64,000 nt of DNA from a virus (taxonomy: Duplodnaviria > Heunggongvirae > Uroviricota > Caudoviricetes): positions 8,047 through 72,046 of the IMG/VR virus record IMGVR_UViG_3300021431_000082; one strand, 5' to 3'. The notes below the pieces were generated by a model. The model saw only the letters and a program-made list of their open reading frames with translations. It ran no database searches and was not told the DNA's origin. A program made the position numbers and the translations under genes. This document shows, piece after piece, positions 29,390 to 39,783 of this stretch. The stretch's first letter is position 1, and every line of letters begins with the position of its first letter.

Positions 29390-29839
29390 TTAGTTCGTCC
29401 CGGTAGAACCAAAGCCACCATCACCACGCTCGGTGTCATCAAGATCATCAACCTCTGTCAGTGTCACCTCTGGATACGGCTGAATGATGAGCTGTGCAAT
29501 ACGTTCATGTTTGTCATATGACACCAGACTGCCTGAGTCATTGTGGAGCGGGACCTTAATACTTCCGCGATAATCAGAATCAATCACACCTACACAGTTG
29601 GCAGGTCTTAATCCTTTCTTAGTTGCAAGACCAGATCTCGCATACACTGCTCCGAAATAACCTTTAGGGATCGCCATTGCAATTCCTGTATCAACGAGCT
29701 GTGTTTCTCCTGGATAGATCGGCGCGGAAGGTTTATCAGTATCTGCATACAGATCAAACCCGGCAGAATCCGACGTTCCTTTTGTTGGTACCTGAGCTGT
29801 TTCAGTAAGTCTCTTAAACTTTACTTCCAATCTTGTCAC
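29390..29839 (-). CDS. dut: dUTP diphosphatase
   Basis: AGFDL, RSGLATKKGL, VIDSDYRGSIKV, GDGGFGSTG dUTPase motifs. Confidence 0.8.
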   Translation of the reverse strand: MTRLEVKFKRLTETAQVPTKGTSDSAGFDLYADTDKPSAPIYPGETQLVDTGIAMAIPKGYFGAVYARSGLATKKGLRPANCVGVIDSDYRGSIKVPLHNDSGSLVSYDKHERIAQLIIQPYPEVTLTEVDDLDDTERGDGGFGSTGTN

Positions 29840-29861
29840 TCCTTTCTAATGTTATGTGACC

Positions 29862-29890
29862 ATATTATCATCTCTATCTAATGTTGTCAA
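29862..29890 (-). promoter_or_regulatory. promoter: TTGACA-N17-TAATAT containing conserved ACATTAGATA element
   Basis: Minus-sense TTGACAACATTAGATAGAGATGATAATAT lies upstream of the dut operon. It is one of ~9 copies of the motif. Confidence 0.5.
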
Positions 29891-29895
29891 CAATT

Positions 29896-30681
29896 TCAAA
29901 GAAATTTTGTTGTCGGTAAGACCTGCTTATTATCGGTGATTTGATATTTCATATCATCTGTAACCTTGATTCTAACCTGGGCAGACTTTGCACCGAATGG
30001 AAGAAACGCACTTCTCCAATAATCTTTAACTAAATCGTCACCCTCAAACCTGAACCCATCGTAAGTGCAGTCACGATTACATGTGCTAATGTAAGCCCAT
30101 TTTCCAACATAATTCGGAACCATATCCTTATAAGAAGGGTCTAATTCGAGTAGACCATTATAGATATCTGGAAATACTTCGGAGATACGTTTTAAGATAA
30201 ACGGTACATCTTCTGTCTTGTAGCTTTTGATCTTCTCAAAGAATCCATGTGGTGTATATTTTAGAAGTTTGTCGGCGAATTCAACTGTGAATTTTTCTCT
30301 AGGAACCAGTTCGATGCTGTTACCAAACGGTGCGTCGCTTATTTTCATAGTCTCCGGGTCAATATTGACATATGTAATATCCAACAGGACATCGTTACCA
30401 ACCGTATCAATATATCTCCTGAGTGGGCGTTTGAGCTTGTTATAACACTCATGTTGACGCCATTTTGCCATCATTTCATCATGTTTCTTTGCATACTTTG
30501 TGGCTTGATCTACAATACTTGTATGCCCAACCTTACAATATGATCCAAATATTGTCGGCTTTTGAAGGCATTTACCATCTTTGTACAGGCTGCACTCTTC
30601 AGCACGATCACATTCTATTTGCCTGACTTTATGTGGGTATTTTCTTGACCCATCGCCATAAATGTTTACATCAATTACCAT
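29896..30681 (-). CDS. hypothetical protein
   Basis: 261-aa ORF. Confidence 0.45.
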   Translation of the reverse strand: MVIDVNIYGDGSRKYPHKVRQIECDRAEECSLYKDGKCLQKPTIFGSYCKVGHTSIVDQATKYAKKHDEMMAKWRQHECYNKLKRPLRRYIDTVGNDVLLDITYVNIDPETMKISDAPFGNSIELVPREKFTVEFADKLLKYTPHGFFEKIKSYKTEDVPFILKRISEVFPDIYNGLLELDPSYKDMVPNYVGKWAYISTCNRDCTYDGFRFEGDDLVKDYWRSAFLPFGAKSAQVRIKVTDDMKYQITDNKQVLPTTKFL

Positions 30682-31024
30682 AGGCGTCTCCTGTTATAGT
30701 CATAAAATCTGGATCAAGCGGTTCATAGTAATTGTCGATCTTCAGTCTGAATGCACCGTTCTTATATACAACCTCGCACCCATACACATTTAAGGAGTTT
30801 AGCGGAAAGTAATCCACAAGATCGTGCTCGTAAATCTCCTTACCATTTGTATCAACCTCTCCGGTATACTCGCATATAGTAGACTCTACAACTGCATGTG
30901 AACATCCATCTATATCTATGATCAGGTGGTGGCAACATTCCATATCAATGTCATACAGTTTGTAATACCCACCATAAATCCAATTATTGTGACTGTCCTT
31001 CGCTCGAAACTTTATGTCTCTCAT
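30671..31024 (-). CDS. hypothetical protein
   Basis: 117-aa ORF. Confidence 0.4.
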   Translation of the reverse strand: MRDIKFRAKDSHNNWIYGGYYKLYDIDMECCHHLIIDIDGCSHAVVESTICEYTGEVDTNGKEIYEHDLVDYFPLNSLNVYGCEVVYKNGAFRLKIDNYYEPLDPDFMTITGDAYGN

Positions 31025-31138
31025 GCAATCTCTCCGCTTTTTCGTCTGCTCTTTTGGCTGCCGTACATAAGCTTATACAGAACATCAGCGAGCCAAGGAT
31101 AATACCGGCAATAATGATAAAAACATTACACTCTCCCA

Positions 31139-31507
31139 TTAGTCATATTCCTCATAAAAGTCAGGCTTGTCGTGCTTAAATGCATAAGCGAGTTCCAACT
31201 TGGCCCCTCGTGATCCGCTCCATCCTCGCATCATATATATCCCATCCGACAGATCAATCATCGAATAGCAGAGATGCATCATCTGATAGTACGATAATGA
31301 GTCATGGAATATAGATAAAACTTTAGCGGGGTTGATTGGCTGAAACCCCATGGATCTCAGCCTTTCTTCCACCGCCTCAAATTCAGCGAGGTAGTTCGGA
31401 TGTCCGGTTATCGGGCCACTGATATAAAGCCTTTTCTTCTGCCCAAAGCCTGTCAGCCTCGTCGGCGTCGTGCTCATCCTTGAGCCGCTTTCTTTCGTAG
31501 TCAACAT
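31139..31507 (-). CDS. DUF4406-like (nucleoside deoxyribosyltransferase-fold) protein
   Basis: KKRLYISGPITGHPNYLAEF pattern. Confidence 0.35.
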   Translation of the reverse strand: MLTTKESGSRMSTTPTRLTGFGQKKRLYISGPITGHPNYLAEFEAVEERLRSMGFQPINPAKVLSIFHDSLSYYQMMHLCYSMIDLSDGIYMMRGWSGSRGAKLELAYAFKHDKPDFYEEYD

Positions 31508-31537
31508 CTTCTACCTCATACCATTCTGTGAAATTGT

Positions 31538-32452
31538 TCATTGCCCAATGTTCATAAGTAATCCAGGATCACTGCCGCCATAGTATACCGGGACAGCGCC
31601 GTTCCACTTAGATATCCACTGTCGTTCAAGAAGTTCTCTGGTAAGTGACTGAGTCACAAGCTCATTGGACTTCTTCTCTGCTTCTGCCTGAATGATTCTT
31701 GTTTCAGCTGAGATTCGTGCAGCATCCTGGTCGGCCTGAGCCTGTACGGACTTCTGCTTAGCCTCGGTCTGAGCCTTTCTTAATTCCTGTTCAGCAGTTT
31801 CAACGGCTTTCTTGGCGACTGCCTCCGCTGTAATTGCATTTTCAATGGCGTCTCCTGCATCCATATCTACTATAGAGATGGAGCAGAACTGGATGCCGTA
31901 TTTATCGAACTCCTCGGCAAGGCTCTTTTCAAGTTCCTGGTACACAGCACCGCGCTCTTCTCCGAGGATGTCTATCACATTGTATTTAACTGTGACAAGT
32001 TCAAGCACACGCTGAACTGTGGGGGCGATCATCTGATCTGAAAGATTCTTAAGTGTCCTGAACTGCTTGAATACAACGTAGGCATTCGTCGGATTCACCC
32101 GGTACTTCACATCAAGCTGGCTGGCAACGTACTGTGCATCTTTCGTCTGTGATGTTACGCCAGCAACAGAGACCGTCTGGACCTCAGTGCTAATGTTATA
32201 GACTTTGTCAAAGAGGTTCTTCATGTGAATACCTTCAGGAACTGTATTCTCACTCGTCCCGGTAAATGCTGAGTACTTAATACCAACTGAATTCGCCGGC
32301 ACCTTTGTGATGAATCCTGGGACTAAAATAAGAAGTGCCAGTACAGTTGTGAACTGCTTCTTTGCGAATCGCCATTCATGTTCATACGGGTCAAGTCCGG
32401 TGACAGTAAAAATCACAATAGCCAGTATTACAGATAAAATAATCCAGATCAT
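31538..32452 (-). CDS. SPFH / band-7 (prohibitin-like) membrane protein
   Basis: N-terminal TM helix, SPFH core, and C-terminal coiled coil (AEQELRKAQTEAKQKSVQAQADQDAARISAE). Confidence 0.55.
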   Translation of the reverse strand: MIWIILSVILAIVIFTVTGLDPYEHEWRFAKKQFTTVLALLILVPGFITKVPANSVGIKYSAFTGTSENTVPEGIHMKNLFDKVYNISTEVQTVSVAGVTSQTKDAQYVASQLDVKYRVNPTNAYVVFKQFRTLKNLSDQMIAPTVQRVLELVTVKYNVIDILGEERGAVYQELEKSLAEEFDKYGIQFCSISIVDMDAGDAIENAITAEAVAKKAVETAEQELRKAQTEAKQKSVQAQADQDAARISAETRIIQAEAEKKSNELVTQSLTRELLERQWISKWNGAVPVYYGGSDPGLLMNIGQ

Positions 32453-32454
32453 TC

Positions 32455-32712
32455 TTACTCCTCAAATTTATACATAATAATTGGTGCTTTCTCACCGTAA
32501 TATGGGATTCCTCGTATGATGTTGTATTCAACCCATTCTATAGCATCGATGTCGGACATTCCCTCTTTCATCAGACAGTCAACGAGTAGATTGTAATCGT
32601 AAATCACCCTACCATCATCTGAGTATCCAACAGCCGCATCATTGTAATATTCATCTGTTAGGTAAACAGCATCTTCAAGATCGTATTCAAGAAGCTTTTC
32701 TTCGAACGTCAT
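32455..32712 (-). CDS. hypothetical acidic protein
   Basis: 85-aa ORF. Confidence 0.35.
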   Translation of the reverse strand: MTFEEKLLEYDLEDAVYLTDEYYNDAAVGYSDDGRVIYDYNLLVDCLMKEGMSDIDAIEWVEYNIIRGIPYYGEKAPIIMYKFEE

Positions 32713-33350
32713 ATCTCAGGAAGCCTCTTTCCTCGATCTTTGAATCCTTGATGCTGGGTTTTGTATGTTACACGATCAATTGGTGCTGATGTTTTGACAC
32801 CAAATATATTCGTATATATCCCAAGATCGTTCCGCTCTTTTGTCATAGCTTTGACTACGGCCCAAAGAGCCTTGACATCATCAATCGCCCGGTGAGAATT
32901 CTCAACACCTTCACACTCGTAATGCTCAATAGCATTGGCAAGCTTATGAGGTTTGTTCGCTCTGTCTCGATATACCGTTAATGTGTCGAGAAAATCACAG
33001 TTCTTGAACGCCTCATTAAAATCCATGTTGTTCCTGTCGTATGTCGATCTTAAAAACGACAGGTCGAACTGGGCATTGTGTGCAATCCATAGTGTCGGTT
33101 TTATATTGATCCCATGGATGAGATTAAGAAGGCTACCTTCGGTGATACCACCATCAGTATCTTCCTTCGTGATCCCGGTCAACTCTGTAATTCTCTCCGG
33201 TATCTCTTTAGCTTTAATGAACTGGTCAATCTCCGCAATCACTTCCGCATTCTCATCTAAGACAAGCGCGGCGAATTCGATGATCTGACACTCATCTGGT
33301 TTTAATCCTGTTGTCTCTGTATCAAAGACAACATAGCGTTCGTATTTCAA
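32709..33350 (-). CDS. DEDDh 3'-5' exonuclease (DnaQ/epsilon-like)
   Basis: VVFDTETTG, WIAHNAQFDLSFL, HRAIDDVKAL motifs. Confidence 0.7.
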   Translation of the reverse strand: MKYERYVVFDTETTGLKPDECQIIEFAALVLDENAEVIAEIDQFIKAKEIPERITELTGITKEDTDGGITEGSLLNLIHGINIKPTLWIAHNAQFDLSFLRSTYDRNNMDFNEAFKNCDFLDTLTVYRDRANKPHKLANAIEHYECEGVENSHRAIDDVKALWAVVKAMTKERNDLGIYTNIFGVKTSAPIDRVTYKTQHQGFKDRGKRLPEI

Positions 33351-33817
33351 CTGATTTTCCTCGCATATTGATTGCTTGATGCAAGCTTTACACCAAGCAC
33401 TTCGTCATACCGTTCTTTGTCGTTTGTGATATAACGACCGAATTTGACAATGATGTTCTTGAAATGGGTACTAAGTAATAAAAGCTCGCTACTAATTTCA
33501 AACTCATCATATCCTGTGTAAATAACCACATCATCATCACATTGTAATTCATCTCGTAAAACTGAGATAAATTCGAAAACATCTCCAAAGCTATCCATAG
33601 GTTCAAGCCCTTGCATCACAATGGCCTCTGTGATTGGGCTATCCACATACTGTTCGGCGAGTTTTCTTGCATGGCATTCAATGTTGGGACTGAGAGCCAA
33701 TGCGCTATTTTGGCACACTGACTCTCCACACTTGAACGAGCATTTCGGAAACTGAAGAACCATGCTCGGTCTCTTATAGTTTACAAAGTCTTCAAAGATT
33801 ACACCTTTAAGTGTCAT
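33347..33817 (-). CDS. nrdG: anaerobic ribonucleotide reductase activating protein (radical SAM)
   Basis: Cys cluster FPKCSFKCGESVC, and translational coupling to nrdD. Confidence 0.6.
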   Translation of the reverse strand: MTLKGVIFEDFVNYKRPSMVLQFPKCSFKCGESVCQNSALALSPNIECHARKLAEQYVDSPITEAIVMQGLEPMDSFGDVFEFISVLRDELQCDDDVVIYTGYDEFEISSELLLLSTHFKNIIVKFGRYITNDKERYDEVLGVKLASSNQYARKIS

Positions 33818-35748
33818 ACCTTCTCCGCTGTATTATTGATTGCTTCCCATTCACGCATTTTATATTCATTCTTACGTTCATGACTCCAGGATTTAATCGG
33901 TGTGTAAAAGCCCACGATTCTTGTGTACTCAGTATCCACCGGTTCTCCGCACTCAGGACAAAGCTTACCATAGAAAGCATGGTTGTGTTCGCAGGCTGAA
34001 ATCTTTGTGTTAAAAGCAAAGTATGTCACGCCTTTATCTGCAATATACTCTACCATCTTCCGGGCTTTCTCGTAGTTGTCGAACGGAGCGTCGATGTTTA
34101 CATGAAGGATTGAACCGCCATTGCAATAGCCATCGAACTCAGCTGCGATTCTCACTCGTTCCTGAAGTGTTGTCTGGATACCAAGTGGAATGAACTGATT
34201 ACCATACAGAGGAAGGTCATAGATGTTTGCGTCAGGATAGAAGAACTTATCCTTCTGCATAAGCTTGACTGCCGCTGACTCACCAGGGATCTGTTCACAG
34301 TTCACCATGTAACCTTTGTTTTTAGCAAAGGCGTCCTTAGTTTTATGGATAACCTGGAAGATCTTATTGCCAAAAGCGGAAGCTTTGTCTGTATAGTATG
34401 TGTTACCGAATTCATCAAGCCTGATATAACCGAAACGCTTCATTGTCTCATAGATACCGATGAAGCCCACAGTGTTATATAGATGCTCGAAGTCGATAAT
34501 GCCGTAGGTGAAATTCTTTAGTAATCCTTTATCAACATTGCGCTTGATGATATGGCGCACACAGTCGAGTGCCTTTAGATCAAGGGTTACTCTCCTCTCA
34601 AGTTCTTCGAGATACTCTTCTTCTGAGTTTGTATCAAGTGCAATACGAGCAAGATTGACTGTTGACACCTTAAGTGATCCGACCTTCAGCGCCGTGCCCC
34701 CAATGGAATTAAAATAACCTAGGTCTTCAATGTTACTCTTAAGCCGGCAGCAATTTGAAAGACTGTTAACTGAGTCATCACAGAAGATATTCGAATCTGA
34801 CCACTTCATATTATGGCGGATTCCCCATTCAGCAAACTCTTCGTCAGCAAACTTGCGGTTTTGACGGAGTAAACTAATGGTACTTACCGGAAACGTGAAC
34901 ATGTTCTTGTGTCTAATCTCAGCCATTACTTCCATATAAAGCTTCTGGAACTTCATGATATCTTCGATCTCATCAATCATGTACGCTCCATCAGGGAATG
35001 TCGATCCTCCAAATAATGCTTCGAGATAAGATCTGTCAAACACTGATGTATTTGTAAATGCCGACTGAATACCACCTCTTAAGAACGGCTGATTCATAGC
35101 GTAGATGAATCTCTGGCATTCCTGTCTGGCATATCTCTCAGGTGAGCCGGCATAATATCCATGCTTTACATCTCTATCCCAAAAGTAATACATATAAGGG
35201 ATGACGTTTGGGAGACCTACGGCTCCAGATGTGCGATTACAATTCCATGAGACAAACTCTTTCACAAAGTCCACAAATGTCTCAAGATGTTTCGGAGGTT
35301 CCGCATTGAAACCGTCTCCGATGAAATACAACCCCTTTTCAGCCAGGTCCTTCAGATCATATGCAAAGCAATACGATACAAACGAAGTCGTATTAGCATC
35401 GTGCATATACAGTTCGCCAATCCACTCAGCCTTCAGCCACTCATTCGCCGTCTTAAACCCATACTTCTTATTCAGCTCATAATAAATCTTATTAAAAGCA
35501 AGAAGTTTCTGGTGTGGCTTCGGCATCTCATTGATCAGTGTGACGATATCCTTATGTGAAACATTACTGTTACCATCGACACTTGCATCAGCCACCGTAT
35601 CACTGTCGATAAAGTTATCAATGAAGTCGGTGTAGCTCAGCTGCTGATCTCCGAATCCGTTAATCTTTGCGATCTCGGTGCCGTAGTCACCCATAAGCCT
35701 GTTGAATTGTGTCTGGAAATTTCTGTCAAGTTTGATATTTATATTCAC
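33814..35748 (-). CDS. nrdD: anaerobic ribonucleoside-triphosphate reductase
   Basis: 644 aa with a C-terminal Zn ribbon (CEHNH...CPECG) and glycyl-radical motif TRIVGFYT. Confidence 0.8.
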   Translation of the reverse strand: MNINIKLDRNFQTQFNRLMGDYGTEIAKINGFGDQQLSYTDFIDNFIDSDTVADASVDGNSNVSHKDIVTLINEMPKPHQKLLAFNKIYYELNKKYGFKTANEWLKAEWIGELYMHDANTTSFVSYCFAYDLKDLAEKGLYFIGDGFNAEPPKHLETFVDFVKEFVSWNCNRTSGAVGLPNVIPYMYYFWDRDVKHGYYAGSPERYARQECQRFIYAMNQPFLRGGIQSAFTNTSVFDRSYLEALFGGSTFPDGAYMIDEIEDIMKFQKLYMEVMAEIRHKNMFTFPVSTISLLRQNRKFADEEFAEWGIRHNMKWSDSNIFCDDSVNSLSNCCRLKSNIEDLGYFNSIGGTALKVGSLKVSTVNLARIALDTNSEEEYLEELERRVTLDLKALDCVRHIIKRNVDKGLLKNFTYGIIDFEHLYNTVGFIGIYETMKRFGYIRLDEFGNTYYTDKASAFGNKIFQVIHKTKDAFAKNKGYMVNCEQIPGESAAVKLMQKDKFFYPDANIYDLPLYGNQFIPLGIQTTLQERVRIAAEFDGYCNGGSILHVNIDAPFDNYEKARKMVEYIADKGVTYFAFNTKISACEHNHAFYGKLCPECGEPVDTEYTRIVGFYTPIKSWSHERKNEYKMREWEAINNTAEKV

Positions 35749-35954
35749 TGTTCATTTACCCATTTGTTTGCAGCGCCGAAATCCAGCATCTTATCTCCAA
35801 CTCCTAATGTTGGCGCTGTCTGAATCCCGAGCTGTTCCATAGCATCCATATCAGTAACAACTTCATACTCGATATGTTTAGCATTCAGTTTAGCCTCAAG
35901 GACTTTGCATCGAGGGCAACCTGTAGTGTAAAGAATAGGTTTTTCAGTTCCCAT
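35745..35954 (-). CDS. glutaredoxin-like protein (NrdH-like)
   Basis: YTTGCPRCKVL CxxC thioredoxin-fold motif, coupled to nrdD. Confidence 0.6.
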   Translation of the reverse strand: MGTEKPILYTTGCPRCKVLEAKLNAKHIEYEVVTDMDAMEQLGIQTAPTLGVGDKMLDFGAANKWVNEQ

Positions 35955-36192
35955 TTTCAGTTCCTTTTATAATACTAATTATCGGGTACATACTCCCACA
36001 TGATGACCGGACTTCAGATGGAGTTTTTAATCTCCACCTGACCCGACCATCTACTTCCTCATTAGTGACCCTGTCATCGTTGTTTCCTGTGGCCCCGATC
36101 TTGCCACATTCGCAACAATAGCTTGCAAGGTCGTACAACTTCTCCTCGCCGATGTAGATTAAACAGGGCTTAAAGTTGCATTTGTGTCTCAT
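35944..36192 (-). CDS. hypothetical Cys-rich protein
   Basis: 82-aa ORF. Confidence 0.3.
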   Translation of the reverse strand: MRHKCNFKPCLIYIGEEKLYDLASYCCECGKIGATGNNDDRVTNEEVDGRVRWRLKTPSEVRSSCGSMYPIISIIKGTENGN

Positions 36193-36524
36193 TCCACGCC
36201 ATCGTTATAAAGTTCGTGTGGGTATCTTCTGCTCGCCTTGATTTCAGCGGCTTTCTTCAGATACCAGTCAGACTTTTCGAGGTCCTCTTTGACAGGGCCT
36301 TTCTGTCCAGCTCTATGCCTATACTTCCATGCTGTCACCCTACAGAAATCGAAGACCGCTTTCTCCCCGAACACAACGAGCATTTCATTGATGCATTCCA
36401 TAGGTCTTGAAGTGTAGTGTGGCGGATGATTCACATAGTCAACAACTGCCGAGCTAGACTTAGGCTTGAAATCATCCTTATGCTTAAAGTCAGGCTTCGG
36501 CTGAGTAGTTTTAATATCTGCCAT
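36189..36524 (-). CDS. DUF3310-like protein
   Basis: VNHPPHYTS pattern. Confidence 0.35.
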   Translation of the reverse strand: MADIKTTQPKPDFKHKDDFKPKSSSAVVDYVNHPPHYTSRPMECINEMLVVFGEKAVFDFCRVTAWKYRHRAGQKGPVKEDLEKSDWYLKKAAEIKASRRYPHELYNDGVE

Positions 36525-36527
36525 CAG

Positions 36528-36950
36528 TTACCTCTCAAAGGGGAGCCCTTCATCATCGTCATTAGGCACATTCATGAAATCTTCACGGCGATTGTTCGTT
36601 GCTTTTGAAGCCGGTTTAGTCTGAGTCTGCTGCCCACCACCAGAGCTCTTGTTACCGCCGAACTCGACGCTACTGATCATGACCTGGTAAGTGTAGACCT
36701 TCTTGCCATCCTTACCATCATAGCTGCCAGACACATTGGAACCGGTAGCAATGATAAAGTCACCCTTGCGGAAGAACTTTTCAATGAACTCAGCAGTTTT
36801 TCCGAACGCCACACAGTTGTGGAAGTCAGCTGATCTCTCACCCTTCACAAACTTATCAGTTGCAATGCTGATATTTGCGATTGCTGTCTCACCGGAATAT
36901 TTGATATCAGGGTCTTTGGTGAGTCTTCCACCTAAAATCACATTATTCAT
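36528..36950 (-). CDS. ssb: single-stranded DNA-binding protein
   Basis: OB-fold N-terminus, Gly-rich linker, and acidic tail DDDEGLPF. Confidence 0.75.
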   Translation of the reverse strand: MNNVILGGRLTKDPDIKYSGETAIANISIATDKFVKGERSADFHNCVAFGKTAEFIEKFFRKGDFIIATGSNVSGSYDGKDGKKVYTYQVMISSVEFGGNKSSGGGQQTQTKPASKATNNRREDFMNVPNDDDEGLPFER

Positions 36951-36961
36951 AGTCTCATCCT

Positions 36962-36977
36962 TATCTAATGTTGTTGG
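36962..36977 (-). promoter_or_regulatory. conserved ACATTAGATA promoter element (degenerate -35)
   Basis: Plus-strand TATCTAATGTTGTTGG sits upstream of ssb. Confidence 0.35.
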
Positions 36978-36979
36978 TA

Positions 36980-37222
36980 TTAAATAAAACTTTTTCCAAA
37001 CTCTCGCCTAAAGTCATCTCTCGTACCATAGTGCTCTTCATAGTACTCCTGAGCTTTACGCTTCCAATACAGATCGAACTCTTTGTCCTGATGGATACAC
37101 TTATGACCACCCATGTTATGTTCGACCGGAGTGAGCGGTATCAGGAAACCATACTTTTCAGATAGCTTCCTCTCACTCTTCCCGAAGATGTGGTGAATTG
37201 CTACTGGAGATAGCCCACTCAT
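36980..37222 (-). CDS. hypothetical protein
   Basis: 80-aa ORF. Confidence 0.35.
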   Translation of the reverse strand: MSGLSPVAIHHIFGKSERKLSEKYGFLIPLTPVEHNMGGHKCIHQDKEFDLYWKRKAQEYYEEHYGTRDDFRREFGKSFI

Positions 37223-37273
37223 AATAGAATGATCAAAGTCATCAGTGAAAACCGACCACAGCTACTTCACGCT

Positions 37274-37822
37274 TTATACTCCTTCTTTCTTTGATGCCCA
37301 CTTCCCAAGAATCCGTTGCAGTTCGGAATCGGAAACCGGCATAGTGATACCAAGCTGAGTCATTTCTGACTTCGCGCCCTCTATCAAGGTCTGCATCTCC
37401 TTAGAATCGTAGGTGTGCGAGCCTCTAATGACAAAGTACTCTCTATATGAAACACCATTCGCCTCCTGTGAATTACCGGTAGGTTTCAGGTGGAGTGTTT
37501 CAAACTCGCTCGTATCAATCTCATCATTAAGAAGGATTGTTCCAAGCTCCGTATCATACTTGCCGTAGTCTTTCAACAGCTGATTCTTGACAAAAGCCTG
37601 ACTTTCACCGACCTTATCAGAAATCAGTGAAACGATAAGATGGAAAAGCGCATTCGCACTCAGGCTCCTGGCTGGACTGTAAGTCTTAACTTCACATTTT
37701 ACTTTCTTCCCAACCAGGTTATTTAATTCGTCAGGCATATATTCGAGTAACAGATGTGCCGTCCTCTGACCATTTGAAAAATCATAGCTGATATCATTCA
37801 GCGTCCCAATCACCGATATCAT
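37274..37822 (-). CDS. hypothetical protein
   Basis: 182-aa ORF. Confidence 0.45.
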   Translation of the reverse strand: MISVIGTLNDISYDFSNGQRTAHLLLEYMPDELNNLVGKKVKCEVKTYSPARSLSANALFHLIVSLISDKVGESQAFVKNQLLKDYGKYDTELGTILLNDEIDTSEFETLHLKPTGNSQEANGVSYREYFVIRGSHTYDSKEMQTLIEGAKSEMTQLGITMPVSDSELQRILGKWASKKEGV

Positions 37823-38063
37823 CTTCGCCTCGTCGGATTGTTTCTCGACTCACATTATTCTTCTTCGGTTTAGTGACCCACTTCTTTGTATAAGCGTGAA
37901 TCATTTCATCCTCATAGATGTCCGGGCACTCCTGCTTGCCGTTTCTTAGCGTCGGCAGTGTTGCGGTATATTCCGAAATCTCGGTAACATCCTCTCTAAA
38001 TCTGTCGGCCTGTTTGCGCTTGCTGTTGCTGTGCGGGAAATGTCTTAAACCGTGAAGTCTCAT
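37794..38063 (-). CDS. hypothetical protein
   Basis: 89-aa ORF. Confidence 0.35.
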   Translation of the reverse strand: MRLHGLRHFPHSNSKRKQADRFREDVTEISEYTATLPTLRNGKQECPDIYEDEMIHAYTKKWVTKPKKNNVSRETIRRGEDDIGDWDAE

Positions 38064-39094
38064 CTGTATTCCTCCAGAAATTTTACAATCTGTTTTGGTG
38101 TCAGCGCCATTATCATGTCCTTTGTTGTAAGGTTAGAATCAAGCGCTTTAAATCCAAAATACGAATACTTATCTTTCTTTATATAATTAGCAATGACTTT
38201 GCGCTGGTTGTTGTACTCTTCCTGGAGTCTTCGTGCTGTAAGAATCATAGCCTCGACTCCATGTTTTAGTTCGGCCAACTGCCACTGATAATAGCGTAGG
38301 AATCTCTCATGCTGTGGAAAGATTTCACACAGGGAGTTAATATCCTCTGGATGACTGGTAATTAACGCCACATATCTCTCAGGTGACAACACATGATTAT
38401 TGACCGACCGATGCATCTCCAGGTATTCAGGCGATTTGATTTTCACTCGGTTGAAGTTGCCATCAACTACGACAAATCCTTCTTTTTCTAATCCATCTTC
38501 ATTAAGATGTTCAACAGCACTCATGCAGTCATCAAGTGTTTTCAGTGGATATCTGGTCGGTTGTTCAACCCCAATATCACGGATTAAATTTTCACCGAAC
38601 ATATTCCCGATTGTACCGATGTGATATATTTTTGTGAATGGATATCTGATGACCACTTGTGTGTCAGGCGACACGAGTTCAAACAAGTATGTATTCATCT
38701 TGCTCATATCATGCCATCTGATCGAACTGTAATTCACAGCATTTACAAATAGGTTGTAAAATGTTTTACCGGTCTGAGTGTCAGCTTCACGAGCATCTAT
38801 TGCGGACATTGTAGAAACCTGCCACATATTAGATTCCCAGTTCCACCAGACTTTGATCAGACTCCCGTCAATCTTATCTTCAACAACAGCTGTATCCCAG
38901 TCAATTTTAGCGGCTTGTGGTTCTTGGATATTGAAGAACTTCTCAAATGGCCAGCAGACAACATCTAATGTATCACGGTTAATGATGATTCCTCGTGCTT
39001 CACATACAATAGGGTCATTGAAGTCGGCACCAATACCATACTTAAACAATGAGAGCCGGCCATCGTTTTTAACTTTGATGTTCTTCTGCTCCAT
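38060..39094 (-). CDS. ATP-dependent RNA ligase (Rnl1-like)
   Basis: Nucleotidyltransferase motif I EDKIDGSLIKV matches the T4 Rnl1-type KxDGSL lysine motif. Size is 344 aa. Confidence 0.55.
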   Translation of the reverse strand: MEQKNIKVKNDGRLSLFKYGIGADFNDPIVCEARGIIINRDTLDVVCWPFEKFFNIQEPQAAKIDWDTAVVEDKIDGSLIKVWWNWESNMWQVSTMSAIDAREADTQTGKTFYNLFVNAVNYSSIRWHDMSKMNTYLFELVSPDTQVVIRYPFTKIYHIGTIGNMFGENLIRDIGVEQPTRYPLKTLDDCMSAVEHLNEDGLEKEGFVVVDGNFNRVKIKSPEYLEMHRSVNNHVLSPERYVALITSHPEDINSLCEIFPQHERFLRYYQWQLAELKHGVEAMILTARRLQEEYNNQRKVIANYIKKDKYSYFGFKALDSNLTTKDMIMALTPKQIVKFLEEYR

Positions 39095-39428
39095 CAGGTC
39101 ACGCCAGTCAGGGTGATCTCTAATAAATCTACAAATTAGCTATGCTTCAGTCATAAATCTCCTTAGAATAATTCGTCTGGCATTTGATCATAGATCGGGT
39201 TGACAACGTATTTGCGTCTTTCCTGGATCTCGTCATATGTCATTACATCACCAGTAGCAAACAGGTAGGCTTCAATCGCTTTTATGATGAGCTCACACTG
39301 GTCTTTATCAAGGTTTAGCTGAACTGTCTTTTGATCCATTCTTCTCTCTTTCTTCTTTGCGACGCTTCATCTCTTTACGAATCTGATTCGCCACATACTT
39401 ATCTGCAATCTTTCTGTTTCTGTTCATT

Positions 39429-39650
39429 TCAGTCCTTCCGAAAATTTGGATGATAATTTTTTTCTGTACTATTTTTCATACACGACAAGCACGGCTCTGT
39501 CGACATAGAAAACTGCTTATTCCACCTCTCACAAAACCAACATTCTCTATGGTATCTTTCAAGATATTCTTTTGAAGGGTGACCGTAAGGGTCTTTTATC
39601 GGTCTCATTACCGCTTCCTCCTGAAGTATTCTTTGAGCTTTTCTGGACAA
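39429..39650 (-). CDS. small Cys-rich protein
   Basis: 73-aa ORF. Confidence 0.35.
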   Translation of the reverse strand: MSRKAQRILQEEAVMRPIKDPYGHPSKEYLERYHRECWFCERWNKQFSMSTEPCLSCMKNSTEKNYHPNFRKD

Positions 39651-39783
39651 TCTTCTTCTGGTTGCCGGCTCTTCTTATACATGTTCTCAATGCAGAAGTA
39701 TTCAGCCACACATCCATCACAGCCATAAGCTTTCAACTTGCTAAGGTATTCTCGGATTACGACGTCATATGCGCTTTTAATAT

